A DNA stretch of 28,105 nucleotides from Candidatus Micrarchaeaceae archaeon (GTDB lineage: Archaea; Micrarchaeota; Micrarchaeia; Micrarchaeales; CABMGC01): NCBI GenBank assembly GCA_038877255.1, contig JAVYWZ010000010.1, positions 1-28,105 on the forward strand, read 5' to 3'. The notes under the pieces are model-generated. The model was not told where the DNA came from. It saw nothing but the letters and a program-made list of their open reading frames with translations, and did not search any database. Positions within the stretch are counted from its first letter, which is position 1. Every line of letters starts with the position of its first letter. Positions 16,426-26,359 of the stretch are shown here, piece after piece. The position numbers and the translations under genes are program-made.

Positions 16426-17745
16426 TTATACCTCCAGAGATGAGCCGAGCGTTGGCATATGCACCGTATACTTGTCCTTAAGCGCGTTCGCGAATTCGGC
16501 CATCTTACCAGGCTCGCCGTGTATTATTATCACGTTCTTCAATCCTGAAATCTTGCCCATGAACTTCATGAGCGAAGGCCTATCCGCATGCGCAGAGAGC
16601 TTGTACTGCTCTACCTTCATTTTTATCTCTATTTTTTTGCCATTCATCTCTAGGTTTTTGTTGCCTTCCATTAGCATTCTTCCCGGTGTGCCTATCGCCT
16701 GGTAGCCTACAAGTATTAGCTTGTCGTTTTCGTTTGAAGCAAGCTTTTCCAAATATTTTACAATTGGACCGCCCTTAAGCATGCCACTTGTAGTGACCAC
16801 TATGCACGACTCTTTGCTCTCCACAACCTTTGACCTTTCATGCCTGCCTTTCACTTCATTGAAGAACTTGCTCTTGAAAGGATCGTCGTCGCTCATCAGT
16901 ATCTGCTTCTGTAGCTCTTCCTTGCAGAATATTACATTGTGCCTGTATATGCGCATGGCCTTGGTTATCATGCCATCTATGTATATCGGCGCTTGCGGCA
17001 GTATGCCTGACCTCATGAAATCATTCAGTATGAAGAGCACTTCCTGTGCGCGGCCTACAGCGAAGCTTGGTATTATGACTTTGTTACCCATATTTATTGT
17101 TTCCTTTATGCTGTTTATGAACGAACCAAGTACCTCCTTTTCAGATGGAAACACGTCAGCATTGCCACCATACGTGCTTTCTGTCATTATAGTATCGGCA
17201 TGCAGATGCTCCGAGTATGCTGGAGGCAGAAGCCTTGTGCTGCGTGTGTTCATATCGCCAGTGTAAAACAAGGATTTGCCCGTGTGCATATCATCTACTT
17301 TGATCATTGCACTGCCCAGTATGTGCCCTGCCGGATACAGCTTAATGGCAAAGCTGCCTACCGTGAATTCTTTGAAATATTCCACGTTGCGATAATACCT
17401 TACCATCTTTGCCATGCCCTGCTTCGTGACTTCCTTTGGCTTCGAGATTTTCAGGTAATCGTTAACTATCACATTTGCAAGCTCAAGTGTAGGCTTCGTG
17501 GCATAGATATTGCCCTCAAATCCCATGGAGAAGAGATAAGGCAAATAACCGCAATGGTCAAGGTGCGCGTGCGATATTATTATCGCCCTTACGCCTGCAA
17601 GCTCCTCTTTGCGGATAAGCGGTAGCTCGACCTGTTGCTCAGTAAGCTTTACTCCGGCATCAAGCAGTATTTTTGTATCATCATTTTCTACAAGGAAGCA
17701 GCTTCTGCCTACTTCGCCAGCGGCTCCAAAAAACGTTATCTTCAA
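16426..17745 (-). CDS. MBL-fold beta-CASP ribonuclease (aCPSF-like, no KH domains)
   Basis: GAAGEVGRS, HAHLDH, AGHILG, TGD, ESTYG, AVGRAQE, SAHAD and HGE; TTG start with AGGTG RBS. Confidence 0.9.
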   Translation of the reverse strand: MKITFFGAAGEVGRSCFLVENDDTKILLDAGVKLTEQQVELPLIRKEELAGVRAIIISHAHLDHCGYLPYLFSMGFEGNIYATKPTLELANVIVNDYLKISKPKEVTKQGMAKMVRYYRNVEYFKEFTVGSFAIKLYPAGHILGSAMIKVDDMHTGKSLFYTGDMNTRSTRLLPPAYSEHLHADTIMTESTYGGNADVFPSEKEVLGSFINSIKETINMGNKVIIPSFAVGRAQEVLFILNDFMRSGILPQAPIYIDGMITKAMRIYRHNVIFCKEELQKQILMSDDDPFKSKFFNEVKGRHERSKVVESKESCIVVTTSGMLKGGPIVKYLEKLASNENDKLILVGYQAIGTPGRMLMEGNKNLEMNGKKIEIKMKVEQYKLSAHADRPSLMKFMGKISGLKNVIIIHGEPGKMAEFANALKDKYTVHMPTLGSSLEV

Positions 17746-17753
17746 AAGAACAC

Positions 17754-18467
17754 CTATTTAGTATTGGCTTGATTATTTTCGTCTGCGCTCGACATCGCGT
17801 TCGCATTGCCATTTGTTTGTTTGCCTTTCTTTGTTTTTATGATTGCTATGTCTTGTATGCTTACCGTAAGCGGCGTAGCTACGCTTGGTTCGTGCCTGCG
17901 GTGCTCGTGCCTTGGCCTTGTCGCAGCGCCAAGCCTGAGCTTGAGCTCGTCTATGCGTGTGTTTGTGTTAGCTATGTCATTGCTGAGCTCCTCCTCTTTT
18001 TTCTTAAGTTCGGCAATGTCTTCATCGACGAGCCTTGCCTTGCCCCTTAGCCTCTGCGAGGCTATTGCGTCTTTGAGCTGGGCTTCAAGGTCGCCAAGCT
18101 TCTTGAGCAGCGTGCGTTCCTCGTCAAGCGTTCTTGCTTCTGTCGAGATTTTGAACTCTAATACTTCTTTCATATGCTTGAGTTTGCCTATGCTTTTGTA
18201 GTTTTCGTTAAGCGAAACCAGCTTAGAAAGCGCCTCAGCTTCACTTTTCTTATATGCGAGTCTGCCGCGCACCCTGCTTATCTGCGCTATGAGCTCGCGC
18301 CTTTTAGCAAATGCAGCATCAAGCTCTCTTCTTATTGAATCAGTTGCAGATTCTTGTTGTGGCTGTGTGCCTGCGGCGCTAGCTTCATGCGCCTTTTGTT
18401 CAACTCCAGTGGCAGGCTTTGTATCTGCAGAGTCATGTGCTTGTTTATTCTCTTTGTCTTCGTTCAG
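17754..18467 (-). CDS. archaeal coiled-coil protein (COG1340-like), probable CTG start
   Basis: The frame stays open and protein-like for 65 codons upstream of the ORF-track GTG (18272), back to CTG 18467, which overlaps the GT4 stop as CTGA; heptad-rich; LEFKISTEARTLDEERTLLKKL motif. Confidence 0.75.
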   Translation of the reverse strand: MNEDKENKQAHDSADTKPATGVEQKAHEASAAGTQPQQESATDSIRRELDAAFAKRRELIAQISRVRGRLAYKKSEAEALSKLVSLNENYKSIGKLKHMKEVLEFKISTEARTLDEERTLLKKLGDLEAQLKDAIASQRLRGKARLVDEDIAELKKKEEELSNDIANTNTRIDELKLRLGAATRPRHEHRRHEPSVATPLTVSIQDIAIIKTKKGKQTNGNANAMSSADENNQANTK

Positions 18468-19633
18468 TAAACCGCCTTCTCTAATGTCTTTTCGTATACC
18501 CTTTCAAGTTTATCAGTAGTCTTTTCAATAGAAAACATGCGCGCAGTGTTTATTGCGCCCTTTTTATATGCGCTGGCGTTATTTAAAACCCTTTCTATGG
18601 TTCTAGCGCAGCTTAAGTAACCATCGTTGAAGTGCTCTCCACTCTGCTTGCTCTTTATAAATTCGTTGAGCACAGGCGTATTTGCCGCTATTACCGGTTT
18701 GCCTTCACTCATCGCTTCAAGGCAGACTATGCCCTGCGTTTCAAAAGTTGAAGGCATGCAGAGCGCATCGCTTGCGGCATAAAGGCTTGGCAGCAATGCC
18801 TGATCGACAAAACCAAGGAATTTCACACTGTGGCTAATTCCAAGCCGGAAGGCCATGCGCAAGTACTTGTTAAGCATTGGGCCAGTGCCTCCTATTACGA
18901 ACTCTATGTCTTTCCTATTTTTTGCAAGGCTTGCCGCAGCAAGCAGAAACGTATCAAGTTTCTTTTCCTTGCTTATTCTTCCTAGGTAAAGTACGCGCTT
19001 TTTGCCCCTTGCCAAGCCGAATCTCCTTAATGCGGGCTCAGGGTTTGCTTTTTCGTTGAAAACGCTAGTGTCTATGCCGTTCGGCACTACTACCACGTTA
19101 TTAATCTCGCGCCTTTCAAGCATGTCCTTTATGGTTTGGCTTGGTGCTATTACCGTGTCGCACCTTCTGTAGAAAAATTTCACATACTTCCACAAATATT
19201 TTTTGTAGAAGCGCCGCATGTTCTTTGGATAATATGACTCTAGAGAAGGGTTATTGAAGAGCGTATGAAAAGAGCCCACTAATGGGTACTTGCCGAGTTT
19301 TGCTGCAAGAAGGCCATTGAAGCCTAGCGTAAAAGGCGTTTGCGCATGTATTATGTCTATCTTGAGCCTGTTTAGTTTCAGGATTGAATGATATGGAAAC
19401 ATGGCCATGCTGTATTGTGGATAAGGCTTGAATTTTATGCCTGTGTGCACAAACACGCTGCTATTTTCGTATTTGTGCTTGTTTGCAAGAGTGCCAGATG
19501 TAAAGATAAATACCTTGTGGCCCCTGTTCTCTAGCTCCTTTTTGAACGCGAGCATAGACGTTACAACGCCATCAACAGCAGGCAGGTACGTATCAGAATA
19601 AAACGCAATTCGCAATTTTTCACCAGAATACAA
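18464..19633 (-). CDS. GT4 family glycosyltransferase (UGDG/diacylglycerol glucosyltransferase-like)
   Basis: IAFYSDTYLPAVDGV, GRISKEK and ETQGIVCLEAMSEGKPVI (EX7E); TTG start. Confidence 0.9.
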   Translation of the reverse strand: MYSGEKLRIAFYSDTYLPAVDGVVTSMLAFKKELENRGHKVFIFTSGTLANKHKYENSSVFVHTGIKFKPYPQYSMAMFPYHSILKLNRLKIDIIHAQTPFTLGFNGLLAAKLGKYPLVGSFHTLFNNPSLESYYPKNMRRFYKKYLWKYVKFFYRRCDTVIAPSQTIKDMLERREINNVVVVPNGIDTSVFNEKANPEPALRRFGLARGKKRVLYLGRISKEKKLDTFLLAAASLAKNRKDIEFVIGGTGPMLNKYLRMAFRLGISHSVKFLGFVDQALLPSLYAASDALCMPSTFETQGIVCLEAMSEGKPVIAANTPVLNEFIKSKQSGEHFNDGYLSCARTIERVLNNASAYKKGAINTARMFSIEKTTDKLERVYEKTLEKAVY

Positions 19634-19648
19634 AACAAAACACTATAC

Positions 19649-20107
19649 TTATGACTTTACATTTTGATCTTTGCTAGCATGTTCAGTCGCAACTGATTCG
19701 TTGGCTTCTTTGCTGATTGTTACCGCTTTGCCACCTGCCTCCTCTATCTTTTGCAATGCGCCAGCAGAAAATGCGCTTGCCATCACAGTTGCGGCCATTG
19801 TAAGCTTGCCGCTGCCAATCACCTTGTACCCCTTAAGGTCTATTGTTGCATTTGCTCCAGCTTTATTGATACGTTTGTCAAGTTCGCGCAGGTTTATTGT
19901 TGCTAGTGGTTCTTTCCTGTATCTAAAAAAGCCTTTTTTCTCTAGGCTCTCTCTTTCATATACAAGCCTATAGGTAAGCTTGTGCTTCCTGCCTGCCCTG
20001 CCTACGCCGCCTCTGTCTCCAGCGCCCCTGTTGTTCTTTATATTGCCTGCTCCCCATCTCCTGTTTCCTAGATATTTCCTTGACTTCTTCTTTATGCGTA
20101 AAACCAC
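19649..20107 (-). CDS. rpl15: 50S ribosomal protein uL15
   Basis: KKSRKYLGNRRWGAG…RGAGDRGGVGRAG, KVIGSG and FSAGALQKIEEAGG; GTG start. Confidence 0.95.
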   Translation of the reverse strand: MVLRIKKKSRKYLGNRRWGAGNIKNNRGAGDRGGVGRAGRKHKLTYRLVYERESLEKKGFFRYRKEPLATINLRELDKRINKAGANATIDLKGYKVIGSGKLTMAATVMASAFSAGALQKIEEAGGKAVTISKEANESVATEHASKDQNVKS

Positions 20108-20140
20108 AAAATCGTCCTTGTTTTGTTATATTCATAAGAG

Positions 20141-20563
20141 CTAAAGCATGCGCTTTATGAGTTCGCCTATTGCGTTGCCGTGGTAGCCCAGTGCGCCGCC
20201 GTGGCCATAGGGCTTGCGCGTGCTTTTGTAGCCGTGTCTTGGTGGGTGCAGCCTTATTGGCATATTAAATACGTCTTTTGGCTCCTTTGTTCCATTCGTC
20301 AGCGCTTCGATTGCCTCTGTGCTATGCTCTGCCTTTTCATGCTCGAGCAGCTTTCCAAGAACTTCTTTTGATACTTCGCCATAAGCTATGTAGTTGCTGC
20401 ACTTTGCTATCATGCCTATGCTAGAGTCGGTTGCGCGCACTATTGTCATGTTATTTGTGTGCGGCAACATGAGCCTTTTAAGCGTTTCAGAGATGTCTTT
20501 TCTAACGCCAACAGTGCCTCTAATCCTTACTATAGCGACTAAGGAATTTTTTTGCAACGCCAT
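20141..20563 (-). CDS. rpl30: 50S ribosomal protein uL30 (archaeal long form)
   Basis: AIVRIRG…ETLKRLML, YIAYGE, RLHPPRHG, GGALGY and LIKRM. Confidence 0.95.
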   Translation of the reverse strand: MALQKNSLVAIVRIRGTVGVRKDISETLKRLMLPHTNNMTIVRATDSSIGMIAKCSNYIAYGEVSKEVLGKLLEHEKAEHSTEAIEALTNGTKEPKDVFNMPIRLHPPRHGYKSTRKPYGHGGALGYHGNAIGELIKRML

Positions 20564-21193
20564 AAGAACACGCCAGCCAAAATTAACTTGATTTGCTTGT
20601 ATTTTACCTGTAATAATAAGCAGTTTGAACGAAAAGGTATATATACGTTTGCAGCAGGCAGTGAAGATTTTGGGCTTTACCCGATAAAATTAGGGCCATA
20701 AAGCGCCACTTGAACGTGGCTTGTTTTGGCGAAAGCAGATAAAAACAATACTAGTTTTGCTTTTGCAGCACCGAATGCGCACTGTTTTGCTGCGCATTGC
20801 TGTACGTCGAGTGCTGCGCCTCCAAGACCTTCGGCTCGTTCTCCCAGTACCACTTCTCTAGCTTCTGCCGCGCTACCTGCTTATTACAGGCGCATGCCAA
20901 AGCATTATTTTGCACCAAAACTGCACGTTAGGCTTTCTTGGTAACTTTTCCGTTCTGTGCACCATTCTTTGTTTGCCGTTATTGCAATGCCGTAATCGCC
21001 CTCGGTATAGGCAGCGCGAAGCTCGACTAATTGTTGTGTGCAATTCAAATCTGCTTCAGATGAAAATTCAACAACGCGCTTTTTGTGCGCTTAGTTTTAT
21101 AATTCTATTGCTGTATTATATTGTGTTGCGTGCGCAGCGCGCATTGCATGTGTCGCATGTGTCGCGTTTGTAGCGTGTATTGTGGGTATAAAT

Positions 21194-21952
21194 ATGATAA
21201 CAAACAAGCAGGTTCTGCTTGCTTTTGCAGTGGCCTTTGCTCTATTCCAATTGTCTTTTGCATATTTCAATGTAACTGGCCTTACTACCACTGTGTCTTT
21301 AAGCAACAGCACTAGCGCACAGGTAACTGAATCGCTACACGTATTCATAAGCAATAGTTCCATATCAGAATATGTGCGGGACCGTGCAGCCGTGAACCAA
21401 ACGCTAAGCAACTGGAAGAATGTGCTCGATACAAGCCTGCTGGTGCAGCATATTTTCAATCCGAAATCAAGTATCGAGAATTTCACTCTACTTCCTGGTC
21501 CTGCGATCATGCAGGGCGAAAATGCATATGCTTACATAACCTTTACATACGTTGCCAACAACGTTACCGATGTTAAGCAGATAGGTCCAAGGCAGTTTGA
21601 ATACACGTTTAACGATTCCAGTTTTAACTTCAGGCATACAGCGAGCGGCGAAGCGCTATTTCAAAACGCCACACTTAACATTATACTTCCTAAGAGCGTA
21701 AAGTTGGCAATGCCTGTTTACCCGATTCCAGATTATCCTTACAATTACGCAAATGCGACTGAGCTTACCTGGTCTTCTGCTGAACCGCTTAACAATTTCA
21801 GGCTCTCTTACACCATTACAGAGTCGCTGCAGCAAGAGGTAACTAATTTCTTCACGCACATATATCCGCAGCATGCGGTTGTTGTATACGTTATTATTGT
21901 TTTTGCAGCCGCAGCTGTTATAGTTTTTACTTACAGGCGCTTTGTCGGTTAG
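21194..21952 (+). CDS. secreted, C-terminally membrane-anchored glycoprotein
   Basis: Signal-peptide-like N-terminus, beta-rich body with many sequons, C-terminal TM helix followed by RR; 8 bp upstream of pheS. Confidence 0.8.
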   Translation: MITNKQVLLAFAVAFALFQLSFAYFNVTGLTTTVSLSNSTSAQVTESLHVFISNSSISEYVRDRAAVNQTLSNWKNVLDTSLLVQHIFNPKSSIENFTLLPGPAIMQGENAYAYITFTYVANNVTDVKQIGPRQFEYTFNDSSFNFRHTASGEALFQNATLNIILPKSVKLAMPVYPIPDYPYNYANATELTWSSAEPLNNFRLSYTITESLQQEVTNFFTHIYPQHAVVVYVIIVFAAAAVIVFTYRRFVG

Positions 21953-21960
21953 GTTTTTTA

Positions 21961-23445
21961 ATGCTACACAGGTATGAATCCTTGCTGCTGCGCATACTGC
22001 GCGGAAATGGAGGCAGTGCGAGCTTTGATTTCATTTTAGAAAAATCTGGCATAGGCAAAGATGCGGTTATGTGGGCGCTTGAGTCACTCGCAGAAAAGGG
22101 CGCCATAAGCATGACAAAAAAGCAGAGCGTGGATGTGCACCTGAGCGACGAAGCAAAAGCATATGCAAGCACCGGATTGCCAGAAGACTTGCTCCTTGAA
22201 AAGCTGAGACATGGGCCAATAAAGCTAAGCTCGCTCAACAGCCAAAAGGAACAAATAGGAATAAAATGGCTCAAGTCAAAGGGGCTTGCCCAAATATCAA
22301 ACGGCATGCTCAATGCAACGCTGCAAGGCATGCATACTGAGCAAACCGCTGCTGACGCTTTGCTAAAGCGCATTGCAAAAGGCGTAACTTCAGAGCAGCT
22401 TGAAGAGCTCATGGGCAGCAGCGATCTCAAGGAGCTCGAGAGCAGGCATCTAATAAGCATAAGCGTAGGCCAACAGGTGAGTGATGTGCGCATTACTAAA
22501 AAAGGCGCTTTGTTTGCAGCAGAGGAGTCTCCATACAGCGGCAACGAGATAAACGAACTTACAAAAGAAGTGATTGAAAGCGGTTCCTGGCGAGGTAAGC
22601 AGTTCAGTAAGTATAATCTGAACGCGCAAGTGAGTGCTGCAGTGCCTGCGCGCGAGCATCCGCTTAGGCGTCTGATAGGCCAGCTCAAAAAGGCATATCT
22701 GGCAAATGGCTTTGTAGAAATAAATGGCCCAATAGTTGAGCCTGCCTTCTGGGTTTTTGACTATTTATTTGTGCCGCAAGACCACCCGGCAAGGGAAGTA
22801 CAAGATACTTTCTTTACTGAAACGCCTGAAAAAATGCCTCTACCTGAAAGCGTGCTTGTTGACAGTGTAAAGCGTGTGCATGAGAAAAACTGGCACGCAG
22901 AATGGAATGAGCATGTGGCAAGCCAGTCCATTCTGAGACCTCATACGACAAGCGTGACAGGAAGGTATATTTACAAGGTAGTGCACGAGCTTAACAAGAA
23001 TCCTAATGCGTATATGCTGCCGCTCAAGTTCTTTACAATAGGCAGAGCTTTTAGGAATGAGAACCTTGATTACAAGCATCTTGCCGACTTTTACCAAACT
23101 GACGGCATAATAATAGGCAATAATCTCACGCTTGCAGAGCTTTTCGACACACTGCTAAAGATATACAAAAATATAGGCATAGAAGTAAAGTTCAAGCCTT
23201 CATACTTCCCGTTTGTAGAGCCTGGCGTAGAAGTGGATATGCGATTTGGCGGCGAGTGGCTCGAGATGGGCGGCGCCGGAATAATAAGGAGAGAGGTAGT
23301 TGGCAATACGAAGAAGAAGATAAACGTGCTTGCCTGGGGCCTCGGGATTGAGCGCATACTGCTTTCAAAGAACTCAAGCATAAAAAGCATTACAGAGCTC
23401 TACAATTCAAGCGTTGGCTGGCTGCGCGAAAACAGCATAAGATAA
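21961..23445 (+). CDS. pheS: phenylalanine--tRNA ligase alpha subunit (archaeal type)
   Basis: N-terminal winged-helix region, FDYLFVPQDHPARE, LRPHTTS, FRNE, YFPFVEPG and AWGLGIER. Confidence 0.96.
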   Translation: MLHRYESLLLRILRGNGGSASFDFILEKSGIGKDAVMWALESLAEKGAISMTKKQSVDVHLSDEAKAYASTGLPEDLLLEKLRHGPIKLSSLNSQKEQIGIKWLKSKGLAQISNGMLNATLQGMHTEQTAADALLKRIAKGVTSEQLEELMGSSDLKELESRHLISISVGQQVSDVRITKKGALFAAEESPYSGNEINELTKEVIESGSWRGKQFSKYNLNAQVSAAVPAREHPLRRLIGQLKKAYLANGFVEINGPIVEPAFWVFDYLFVPQDHPAREVQDTFFTETPEKMPLPESVLVDSVKRVHEKNWHAEWNEHVASQSILRPHTTSVTGRYIYKVVHELNKNPNAYMLPLKFFTIGRAFRNENLDYKHLADFYQTDGIIIGNNLTLAELFDTLLKIYKNIGIEVKFKPSYFPFVEPGVEVDMRFGGEWLEMGGAGIIRREVVGNTKKKINVLAWGLGIERILLSKNSSIKSITELYNSSVGWLRENSIR

Positions 23446-23453
23446 GTGAGCAT

Positions 23454-25085
23454 ATGCCTACATCTGTTCACAACAAAAATTATCTGAATATGCTTCTCGG
23501 CTTCAAGCTTAATGATACAGAGCTTGAAAAATTGCTAAATGGCCTTGGCATGAGCCTTGAGAAGAACGGCGCGAAAGAGATAGAAGTTGAATATCAGGCA
23601 AACAGGCCAGACCTGATAAGCACTGTAGGATTGGCAAGGGCCATACGCTACTTCACAGGCAGAAAGCGAAGTTTCAATTACAAGCTCAGCGGCTATTCTG
23701 GAATTGTCGTAAACATAAACGACAATGTTGAAAAGGTAAGGCCTTATATTGCATGCATGCTTGTCAAAAATGTCAAATTCACAGAAGATTCGCTGCTCGA
23801 CCTGATAAATTCGATAGACAAACTCTCAGAGACTTTCGGCAGACATAGGAGGCGCATAGCAATCGGCTTGCATGACGCGAAGCGTATTGAAGGCAACATA
23901 AGCTATGGCGTTTATCCGAATGAGCAATTCGAGGCGCTTGGAGGCGAAACTGAAAAATATAGCGACATACTCGAAAACACTGAAAAGGGCAAAGCCTATG
24001 CAGAGCTTTGCAAGACAGAGTCAGGCTACTGCGCGCTCAAAGACTCTAAAGGCGCAATGGCGCTTATACCTGTTATAAACTCCGAAAGGACTAAAATAAG
24101 TGAAAGCACCAGTGAGCTTTTCGTAGACGTAACCGGCACTAACCGGTATGCTGTTTATTCAGCGGCAAATCTTCTAGCAACTAATTTTATAGATATGGGC
24201 TTCAACGTTTATAGCGTAAGCATAATGAAGCGCGGTTCTAAGACAATGCTTACGCCAAGCCTTGCGCGGCAGCGCATAGAAGTTAAACTGGAGCGCTTTT
24301 CGGAAGAAATAGGCACTCACATTGCGTTCAACAGCGTAATAGGGCTTGCAAACAAGATGGGCTACGAGGCCGCGTTGCGTTACCGAAACATAGCCTTCAA
24401 TGTGCCTGCATACAGGCTTGACATAATAAACGACCAGGACATAATAGAAGACATAGCAGTAGCATACGGCTACGACTATATAATGCCTTTGCCTGTTGTC
24501 TCGTTTCAGCAGGGAAGCCTAGACCCCTATGAAGAGACGCTTGACACGTTGAGGAGCATAGTCACCGGGCTCGGCTTCTCGGAGCTTATGAGCGACTACA
24601 TGACAAACGAAAAAAACAATTTCCTGCTTATGCACGTCAGCAGTGGCAACGGCAGCTACATAAAGATAAAAAACGCAAAGGCAAATACGATAACAATGCT
24701 TAGAACATGGCTCTTGCCTTCGCTTCTTAATAGCATGTCAAGGTCGCAGCATGACAAGCTGCCGCACAGGCTTTTCGAACTGGACCTTGTGTTTTCATTG
24801 CAGCGCTCTACTCCTATTGAGCAATACCATCTCGCGTGCGCAATTTCCGACGACAAAGTAGACCTTAACGAAATAAAAAGCATAATGTACACGCTTTTGA
24901 ACGCTGTTTCAGCTGATGCAAAAGCAGAGATAAGGCCTTTTTCAAGCGGCGCTTTCATAGAAGGTAGGTGCGGCGAGCTTCTTGTAAACGGAAAACGCTT
25001 TGGAATATTCGGAGAGCTGAGCCCAGTCGTGCTCGAGGGCTTTGGAATAAATGCCCCTGTAATCGCTCTTGAGATAGAACTTTAG
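23454..25085 (+). CDS. pheT: phenylalanine--tRNA ligase beta subunit
   Basis: MPT start, NRPDLIS, AIGLHD, YRLDII…DIIEDIAVAYGY, LRTWLLPSLL and FIEGR. Confidence 0.95.
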   Translation: MPTSVHNKNYLNMLLGFKLNDTELEKLLNGLGMSLEKNGAKEIEVEYQANRPDLISTVGLARAIRYFTGRKRSFNYKLSGYSGIVVNINDNVEKVRPYIACMLVKNVKFTEDSLLDLINSIDKLSETFGRHRRRIAIGLHDAKRIEGNISYGVYPNEQFEALGGETEKYSDILENTEKGKAYAELCKTESGYCALKDSKGAMALIPVINSERTKISESTSELFVDVTGTNRYAVYSAANLLATNFIDMGFNVYSVSIMKRGSKTMLTPSLARQRIEVKLERFSEEIGTHIAFNSVIGLANKMGYEAALRYRNIAFNVPAYRLDIINDQDIIEDIAVAYGYDYIMPLPVVSFQQGSLDPYEETLDTLRSIVTGLGFSELMSDYMTNEKNNFLLMHVSSGNGSYIKIKNAKANTITMLRTWLLPSLLNSMSRSQHDKLPHRLFELDLVFSLQRSTPIEQYHLACAISDDKVDLNEIKSIMYTLLNAVSADAKAEIRPFSSGAFIEGRCGELLVNGKRFGIFGELSPVVLEGFGINAPVIALEIEL

Positions 25086-26296
25086 CCAAGCAGGAAGTTT
25101 GCCTCTGTTTCAGAAAGGCCCAATTCTGATTCTAATAGTTGCATGACCTTGCCTTTGCCAAACTTCTTTGCCTTTGCCGCTAACGCTTGCTCAAAGAACG
25201 GCAGAAAGTCTATAATAATTTCCTTCCTGCTTGAGTGTGTTCGTTTTGCAAGCTTGAGCGCAATGCCGTTTAGCAAGAGCCTTTCCTGCTTTGTAGAGCT
25301 TAGATACTTTACCTGCTTTGGAAAGGAATAGGAACCAAGCCTTTTTACAAAGCCCATGCTTGCGGTTGAAACGCCTGCCGAAGCCAATACGCTGGAATAG
25401 CGCAACAGCGAATACTGGCTTATCCTGCTCGCTATATTTGCATAAGCGCTAGCCTTTGCGAGAGAATCGTAAGCGCTTTCGAGCGATACGCGCTGTGCAT
25501 ACCTGTTGGGTATGTTTTCATCAATCCATTTTACAAGCATGTCAAAATCAACATCGCTGTTTTCAAACGCACTTTTAGCTGTTCCGAAGCTGTTGCTAAA
25601 GAAGATCTTGTCGAGCACGCCAAATATCTCAATTTTTTGGTTCCTTATTACAAGGTAGTCAAGCACATTGCTTGTCGAGCCTATTGCAAATTCAAGATCG
25701 TTTAGTGCTGCTCGCATATCGCCATCGCACCTATTGGAAATTTCCTCGAGCAATTCTTTGCTTATGCTGGCCTTTTCCTTCTTTGCTACATTTGCTATAA
25801 AGCCAAGCACATCTGCGCTGCTTATTTTTTTGAATTCCACCTTTTCAACATAACTCCTTAGAAACGCGATTCTTTGATCCCAGAAATCATTAGATATGAA
25901 TACTATTGGCTGTTTAGCCTGTGTTACTATGCGCACAATCGCGCTCTGCGCCCCTTTGTCGAACTGGTTCGAGAGTTCATCTATCTCGTCAAACACTATT
26001 AGGCTTATCTTGTTAAATAGGCCCCGCGAAACAGCTGCAGGCAGAATTTTCTTTTCAAGCGTGTCTGCGTCTCTGTAATCGCTAGCAGTGAGCAGAATGA
26101 GCCCAAAGCCAAACGTGTTCGCAAGCGCCTTTGCAGCTATGGTTTTGCCTGTGCCGCAAGGCCCATACAGCATAAGCGGCGTTGGCTTCTTGCCAGCAAG
26201 CACCTCTTCGCCAAATGCGCGTATCTTCGCTCTGGCTTCAGCATTGCCCACTATGCCATTGAGCGTGTATGGCGTATATTTCTCGTAAAGCAGCAT
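25082..26296 (-). CDS. rfcL: replication factor C large subunit
   Basis: EKYTP, GPCGTGKT, ASDYR, DEID, SNDFW, GDMRAALNDL and WIDEN. Confidence 0.92.
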   Translation of the reverse strand: MLLYEKYTPYTLNGIVGNAEARAKIRAFGEEVLAGKKPTPLMLYGPCGTGKTIAAKALANTFGFGLILLTASDYRDADTLEKKILPAAVSRGLFNKISLIVFDEIDELSNQFDKGAQSAIVRIVTQAKQPIVFISNDFWDQRIAFLRSYVEKVEFKKISSADVLGFIANVAKKEKASISKELLEEISNRCDGDMRAALNDLEFAIGSTSNVLDYLVIRNQKIEIFGVLDKIFFSNSFGTAKSAFENSDVDFDMLVKWIDENIPNRYAQRVSLESAYDSLAKASAYANIASRISQYSLLRYSSVLASAGVSTASMGFVKRLGSYSFPKQVKYLSSTKQERLLLNGIALKLAKRTHSSRKEIIIDFLPFFEQALAAKAKKFGKGKVMQLLESELGLSETEANFLLG

Positions 26297-26321
26297 ATAA
26301 CCACTAAACGCAATTAATATA

Positions 26322-26340
26322 AGAAAAGAATATATAAAAA
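26322..26340 (+). promoter_or_regulatory. BRE/TATA-like promoter of tRNA-Glu
   Basis: AGAAAAGAA-TATATAAAAA lying about 20-30 nt upstream of the tRNA 5' end. Confidence 0.5.
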
Positions 26341-26359
26341 GAACGATAAAGCTTATTCA

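Noticed and set aside
20564..21181. RNase P RNA or SRP RNA in the large intergenic gap
   Set aside because: No GAGGAAAGTCC-like P4 motif or SRP helix-8 consensus was seen on either strand.
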